27,844 nucleotides of DNA, taken from contig NW_003314269.1 of the NCBI RefSeq assembly GCF_000143415.4, positions 3,511,121-3,538,964 on the forward strand, in the 5' to 3' direction. This document shows positions 22,561-27,844 of this stretch, one piece after another (positions within the stretch are counted from its first letter, which is position 1; each line of letters starts with the position of its first letter). The notes under the pieces are model-generated. The model searched no databases and was not told where the DNA came from. It saw only the letters and a program-made list of their open reading frames with translations. Position numbers and translations under genes: made by a program. Origin of the DNA: Selaginella moellendorffii (taxonomy: Eukaryota > Plantae > Lycopodiophyta).

Positions 22561-22669
22561 CCACACCCTAGTGATTTGGGACTCGAACTCAAGCACTAGA
22601 GGGTCGGGACTTGAACCCAACCTCCGTATATGCATCTACGGAAGGCATCATCCAAGATGCCTGGTGTGA
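22561..22669 (-). ncRNA. Putative structured RNA element: five-way junction with two T-loop-like hairpins (tRNA-like, not a canonical tRNA)
   Basis: Minus strand: UCACACC [AGGCAUC-UUGGAU-GAUGCCU][UCCGUA-GAUGCAUA-UACGGA][GGUUGGG-UUCAAGU-CCCGACC] CU [CUAGUG-C-UUGAG-UUCGAGU-CCCAA-AU-CACUAG] GGUGUGG. Base pairing is seen directly; function is inferred. Confidence 0.45.
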
Positions 22670-23099
22670 CTCCCCATACCGATGCACCAACTTATAGTCA
22701 AAACACGCTACAGATCACAACTTAGGAACCTAGTTCCTCCGCACTGCCAAGTCTTCTCACTTGACATGTCTGTGATCATGTATGGACTCCTCTATGCTCG
22801 GCCCCCTGGGCCACCCCTTTGAAGTTGGCTCCTTCAACTAGGGTATTCATTCCCCCCGACTTGCCAATCTCACTTAGCAAGTCATTCGGCCACCGTAACA
22901 TGGTTCATGTATAAGCGTGAAAGTCCTTAACCATCGACTTTCATTCAAAGCCCTCTCTTTGAACACTCAGGAACTACTTCCCCAATCTTGATAGCCTCGC
23001 CTCATGGCAAGCTTCAAGACGACGCTTCTGCTGCACCACTCTGATTTCGCGCGTTCTATGAACCATTTACACTTGGCTGACTAAGTATTTATTTACCTA

Positions 23100-24300
23100 G
23101 GGGAACGTTCAAGGAACTCTATTCTTTGGCTTGCTAAGGCCTCTCTTTTCGCAAGTTTTCCAATTACCATATAGTCTAACATGGACAATCCCATGCTTTA
23201 GACTCTCTATGGCATCCCGGTCGCTAGTAACAGCATGCTTGAGCACCCACTTGATTCTCCACTCCCAACTTGCATAACCACCCTTGGTCATGCCTATCAA
23301 TTCTTATGGTTTGATTCTATCCCTATACTACTTGCCTTTTGGCTTTATACATTTCCTTCGGTTATTCTCCTCCAGACTAGGAAGATAGCTTTGCACTTTC
23401 TACTATGCCTTGGCAAGTATTCATAGGGATGAACCTACCCGACAGTCTAGGGAGTGGTGTCCTCGATCCGGGTTTGCTCACCTTGTAATCCCACACATTG
23501 GGATCACCGTTGCTACTTATGGGCCTTTATATGCCTATCACTAGCCTTGCCAAAATCCCTTTTTGGCTTTGTCCAATTTGGGTAGATGGATTTTTTTTGT
23601 CTTCACAACCTTGGACATTTGGATAGCACCTCCTATCCTTCATTTGCTAGAGACTTTGTCCCTTGGGCCTTATCCATTGCCCTCATGACACCAAATACCC
23701 CCTTCTAGTGTTCTAGAGTGTTTGGGTGTCCTAATGATGGCCTCTTTGACAATGAGCATTCCCTTTTCAACATTGATTTACTATGTCGCAACATAAGCAA
23801 TTTATCCCTTATAAGGGTATATCGAACTTCCTTATCCTAATAAAAAGTCTTAGGTAGTTGCCTTCTACCAGTTTATGAATTATTTTGCACCTTTTGCTTA
23901 GTTGTCTCATAGTTGTCAAGTCCTACAATTCATTGTTGGTGCTTCCACACCTCCATCATTATCTGGGTCACCACACTTTAGCTGCATGCCTTCCAGCTTA
24001 GGCTATGCTATTCCCATTTCCATTGGGATTCCTTTGGAAGGGGTTCTCATGAACCCGCCAACTTGACCTCAAGGCAGCACACCTTGACACCTTCAGCTCC
24101 ACAAGCCTACCTTTATGACACTTCTTACTGGTGTCCAGGTATTTTTGCCAAGACCAATATGGTTGTCTTTTATGCCAATTATCCATTAGCACTGCACTAT
24201 AGAGTTCATGCACAACTTTGTGTCAAAGTTGTTTTCTTCCGGGAAACTCTTTCCCACGACTTTAGCATGGCACCTTCTGCCATCAATGAGATACATACTG
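23100..24300 (-). pseudogene. Possible very decayed gag/protease remnant
   Basis: AAKVW* (cf. Gag AxxWW) near 23968-23985; WVLKHAVTSD...HVRLYGNWK (cf. gypsy protease WLKAVNS...VxLxxGxWxG) near 23160-23250. Weak evidence. Confidence 0.3.
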
Positions 24301-25121
24301 CTCTCATGCTTGGGTCTCAAGATCCTCCCCATCCTTCGTAGGGCACCACACACTTCAGTCCAAATGCTTTCCTTAAGCCCTTAGGATTATTCCTTGACTC
24401 TATTGGAGTCATTTAACCTTTTGGACTTTGTTAATCCGATAACCTATGAGGTTCTACTTTTGAGGTGCTAGCTCACTGGAATACAACTCCTTATATTCAT
24501 GTCTTACTCACAAGGACCATCTTTTACAAGTGTTACTCCGACACTTGATTTGTTCTCTAGGGGTAGCCTTTCACCCCTTAGGACCACTTGTCCATGTGAT
24601 GAGAATACCAACTCATCCTCTAAATACACCCCCAACTCCTTGGGTTGTTCCAGCATTTATTAGAGTTAGCCCCAGCTACCATTTCAAGAACTTGCGTCCT
24701 CTTTCATATTTGACCTCCCCCAGTCATTAATTCCGGTTTCAAATTCATGAGCACCAACCTCGACTATATGAGGGTAATCTTGTGACTCCTTTATCGTTTT
24801 GGAGTCTCTATCTTCCCCGTGATCCCAACTATAGTTGTTTACCACAACTATATTAGCCAGTTTGCTGAGTCAAATGCTCATCTGGATCACATCCTCAACT
24901 CAATGAGGAAAACCTTGCACTGTTCCCAAGATCCCAAAGTCGTTCCATTATTGGCTCTTTTCTATCCACCACTTCGTCTATAAGTTCACACATGAATTGT
25001 AATGGAGAGCCATGTCTTCCCGACCTGCTACTCCTCGAGGATAGGCCCACTCCTCGGACCTTTTGATGCCAACAACAATGGTGATATACTTGAGCACCAA
25101 TAAAAGTTGGACTAAGGAACA

Positions 25122-25133
25122 GCTCTAAAACCA
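25122..25133 (-). promoter_or_regulatory. Degenerate tRNA-Met primer-binding site
   Basis: Minus strand TGGTTTTAGAGC (2 mismatches to TGGTATCAGAGC), three nucleotides after the 5' LTR end TACA. Confidence 0.75.
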
Positions 25134-26114
25134 AGTTGTAAGCGACTAAATTTTCCATTCTACTTTAATCACTTAACCACACCTCCGACCACTTGGAGGA
25201 GTCTCACTCACAACTTCCATAAGTCCTATTTTGGACTTGGGCTTGCTAGCCCCGAGAATGGCATCCCCGCCACTCAACCTTTGCACTTGGTCCAAGTGCT
25301 CTACGTGTCCAATCTCATGACTGACACCCCAAGGTACCACCGACATATCAGCCCGTTACGCTAAAGCCATGCCCATTTGCCGTGGTCACACCGGTGGTCT
25401 GACACCACCTACATCACAACCCCGTCTCAAAAAGACTGGGCCATCCATCCATGAGTGATCATCCCAAATCCACTCCTTAGCATCCTTAGAATGCCCACAT
25501 ACATGGGGAATAACCTTCCCAATATCCCTTTTCCGGTCCCCACCAAATCCCTTTCTGCCCATGGCCGTGTTCGCCAACACTGTCACTGGATCAAGGCCCA
25601 TAGGTCCGACCACTAAGTCCCACAGTCCTCTGGGACTTCCTCACCACACGACTGTATCCTTGGTCACTACACCAGAGGATTACTCCTCTTCCTTTCCACA
25701 GTTTAGGCCTTTGGGATAACATTTCGAAACACTGTGGCTTTACGCGAGCCTCGTAGGTACTCTCCTTGCCTTCCGCCCTTGGGTGCTCTAGCCATGGGCT
25801 TAGAGTGAGGTTCCGTTAAGCCACACCAGGTATCCAAGTAGGTAGTGCCATTCACACTTGGACTGTGAGCATCAGCCAGTCGAGCTCCTTGGGGAACTAG
25901 AGCCAGCTTTTAAACACTTCACCAAGCTACCCCGCTTGTCGGTCCGTGTTCACTCTAGTCTTGGACTTCCCAGTGGGCAATTCATCACCCAACACTGGGA
26001 ACAGCCTTTCTGGGCCAAACTAGCTCCATTGCAGTCCTCCCCCTTACTATACTTTTGGAGCTCACCAAACCCCCCAGGGTCTGGGAGACGAACGCTTTGG
26101 GCTTTCACCCTCTC

Positions 26115-26809
26115 AGACTCGGACTTGGACTCGGACTCGGACTCGGACTCGGACTCGGGCTCAGGCTCGGTCTCGGTCTCGGTCCTGGTCTTGGTCTCAG
26201 TCTCGGTCTCGGTCCCGGTCTCGGTCCCGGTCTCGGTCCCGGTCCCGGTCCCGGTCTCGGTCCCGGTCTCGGTCCCGGTCCCGGTCCCGGTCTCGGTCTC
26301 GGTCTCGGTCTCGGTCCCGGTCTCGGTCTCGGTTTCGGTCTCGGTCTCGGTCTCGGTCCTGGTTTCAGTCCTGGTCTCGGTCTCGACCTCGGACTCCATC
26401 TCAGGTCCTTCTTGGACTCCATCTCGAATTCCATCTCGGGTCCATCTCAGACTCCATCTCGGACTCCGTCTTGGTCCATCTCGGACTCCATCTCGGACTC
26501 CGTCTTGGTCCATCTCAAATTTCATCTCGGGTCCATCTCGGACTCCATCTTGGACTCCGTCTCAGGTCCATCTCGGACTCCATCTCGGACTCTATCTCGG
26601 TCCATCTTGGACTCCATCTCGAGTCCATCTTAGACTCCATCTCAGGTCCTTCTCGGACTCAATCTCAGATCCATCTCGGGTCCATCTTGGGTCCACCTCG
26701 GACTCCACCCCGGACTCCATCTTGGACTCCATCTCGGACTCCATCTCGGACTCCATCTCGGGTCCATCTCAGACTCCACCTCGGACTCCAACTCGGGTCC
26801 ATCTCGGAC
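26115..26809. repeat. Hexamer array (26115-26390) and 10-12-mer minisatellite (26391-26809) within the LTR
   Basis: Directly visible GGACTC, GGTCTC, GGTCCC, GGACTCCATCTC, GGGTCCATCTC and GGTCCATCTC units. Confidence 0.95.
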
Positions 26810-26814
26810 ACTTC

Positions 26815-26822
26815 CACGTGTC
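26815..26822. promoter_or_regulatory. G-box/ABRE-like motif in the LTR U3
   Basis: CACGTGTC next to the minisatellite; retained (inverted) in the 3' LTR and mutated to CACATG in the old copy. Function untested. Confidence 0.3.
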
Positions 26823-27844
26823 ATGTGTTGGTCCTTTTGGGGTCCCTTTTTGGAGCCTCGCTTATTGCTCGCTTTGTGCTCGTTCCTCGAGCACTTTGTT
26901 GGGAGTTCCACTCCTGCTCTCGACCTTTCAAGTCGGAGCTTTTAGTCCAAACTTGTTACGCTCATTTGGCTTTCGCTTTGGCCACTACCATGTGGCACCC
27001 TTCCGGCTCCACTTTGGGGCCTAGGGATTTTATGTCTCACAGCATGCTCTACATTAAATCTTGATGGCATATCAATTGCTATTTCTAGTCTTATTACATC
27101 ACATCACACATGGTCCTCTTCTCCATCAATTACCATAATATAGCCTCTATTTCATCCATCCATCACCTTTTTGGCCATAATTTTCATCTCTTTCCACACA
27201 TACCTGTATTGTGCAATGCATTCACTCCACTTCACTTTCTTCTTTGGAACTTTGGGGGTGACCCAAGCATGGTGAGATAGTGGACTAAGCAGTTGCAAGA
27301 GTGTTGTCCATTGAGCTTGTAACAATCCATGATAAATTATATGGATCTGTGAGTGTGTTTTGGGAAGGTAAAGTAGACAAGAGCAAATAGCATGATGGAT
27401 ATGAGGTCCAAATAAAGGACTTTGAGAAGTTAAAATCTCCTCAACAAGGGAAAATGCCACATTCTAGAACTTGTAAGATCCAAGTTGTTCAAGCAGTTCG
27501 GCTGGAGGAGATTATGCCATGAGTGTGGATGCTGATTTCTTTGAGTTTCCCAGAGTCTCATGATCACTAAAAGTCATGGCCACAACTGCTGGACTGCTAG
27601 AAGTGTCATCATATTCATCATGGCATGAGTGAGCAAATCTACGTTCTTCACAGGAAAGAGCCATTGTTAAAACCTGAAGTCCTAAAAATAGAGGATATCC
27701 CAATGAGCTGTAGGGATGTGGTCCTCAAGTAAAGAGGCCAAACCTAGCACTTTCAAACCCTGTGGTGATGTGAAGGGTTGAGGAGGTAGCCACGTTGAGC
27801 TTGGATGGGCCTTGTAGGAAAAGTGGAGGTTCTATAATCTATGC

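Larger units (their letters stand above)
19170..27041 (-). mobile_element. Complete non-autonomous LTR retrotransposon (LARD/TR-GAG-like) with no recognisable RT or integrase
   Basis: Two ~1.9-kb LTRs (19170-21096, 25137-27041; TGTAAG...CTCACA). By hand, 15 differences in the first ~320 bp, 13 of them transitions. 5-bp TSD ACATG/GCATG. Minus-strand PBS and PPT-like tract; ~4-kb internal region without long ORFs. Confidence 0.9.
25137..27041 (-). repeat. 5' LTR of the non-autonomous element (1905 bp)
   Basis: Direct repeat of 19170-21096, adjacent to the PBS and flanked by the TSD. Confidence 0.92.

Noticed and set aside
22561-22669. Canonical tRNA gene
   Set aside because: Four internal arms, no D-loop/A-box geometry, an 8-nt middle loop and no CCA; kept only as a tRNA-like structure.
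26391-26809. CRISPR-like regular repeats
   Set aside because: Units are contiguous with no unique spacers; eukaryotic context; no cas genes.
25858-27064. 388-aa ORF and overlapping ORFs
   Set aside because: Same repeat artefact; non-ATG start; the 10/11-mer units shift the repeat peptide without any sign of constraint.

Overview
Eukaryotic, AT-rich, transposon-dense window with three assembly gaps (1512-2472, 7676-7775, 20686-20785). It is almost certainly plant nuclear DNA; a non-seed plant is plausible but not provable. The ORF track misses the only intact host gene: a two-exon, minus-strand gene (4854-5352) for a 144-aa secreted single-PLAT/LH2-domain protein. The rest is nested mobile DNA: (i) a decayed Ty3/gypsy chromovirus (12995-18291) with a tRNA-Met PBS, a PPT, an intact 3' LTR, a 41-bp 5' LTR stub and an internal deletion removing RNase H; (ii) a complete non-autonomous minus-strand LTR element (19170-27041) with ~1.9-kb LTRs containing hexamer/12-mer minisatellites, plus an older LTR copy at 1-1408; (iii) an apparent head-to-tail array of Helitron-like units (9909-12784); (iv) old gypsy, LTR and LINE-like remnants. 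The most unusual signal lies inside the non-autonomous element: ~1.55 kb of non-coding sequence made of closely spaced short hairpins, including a 109-nt five-way-junction, tRNA-like fold with two T-loop motifs and a palindromic loop (22561-22669). All alignments and folds were done by eye.
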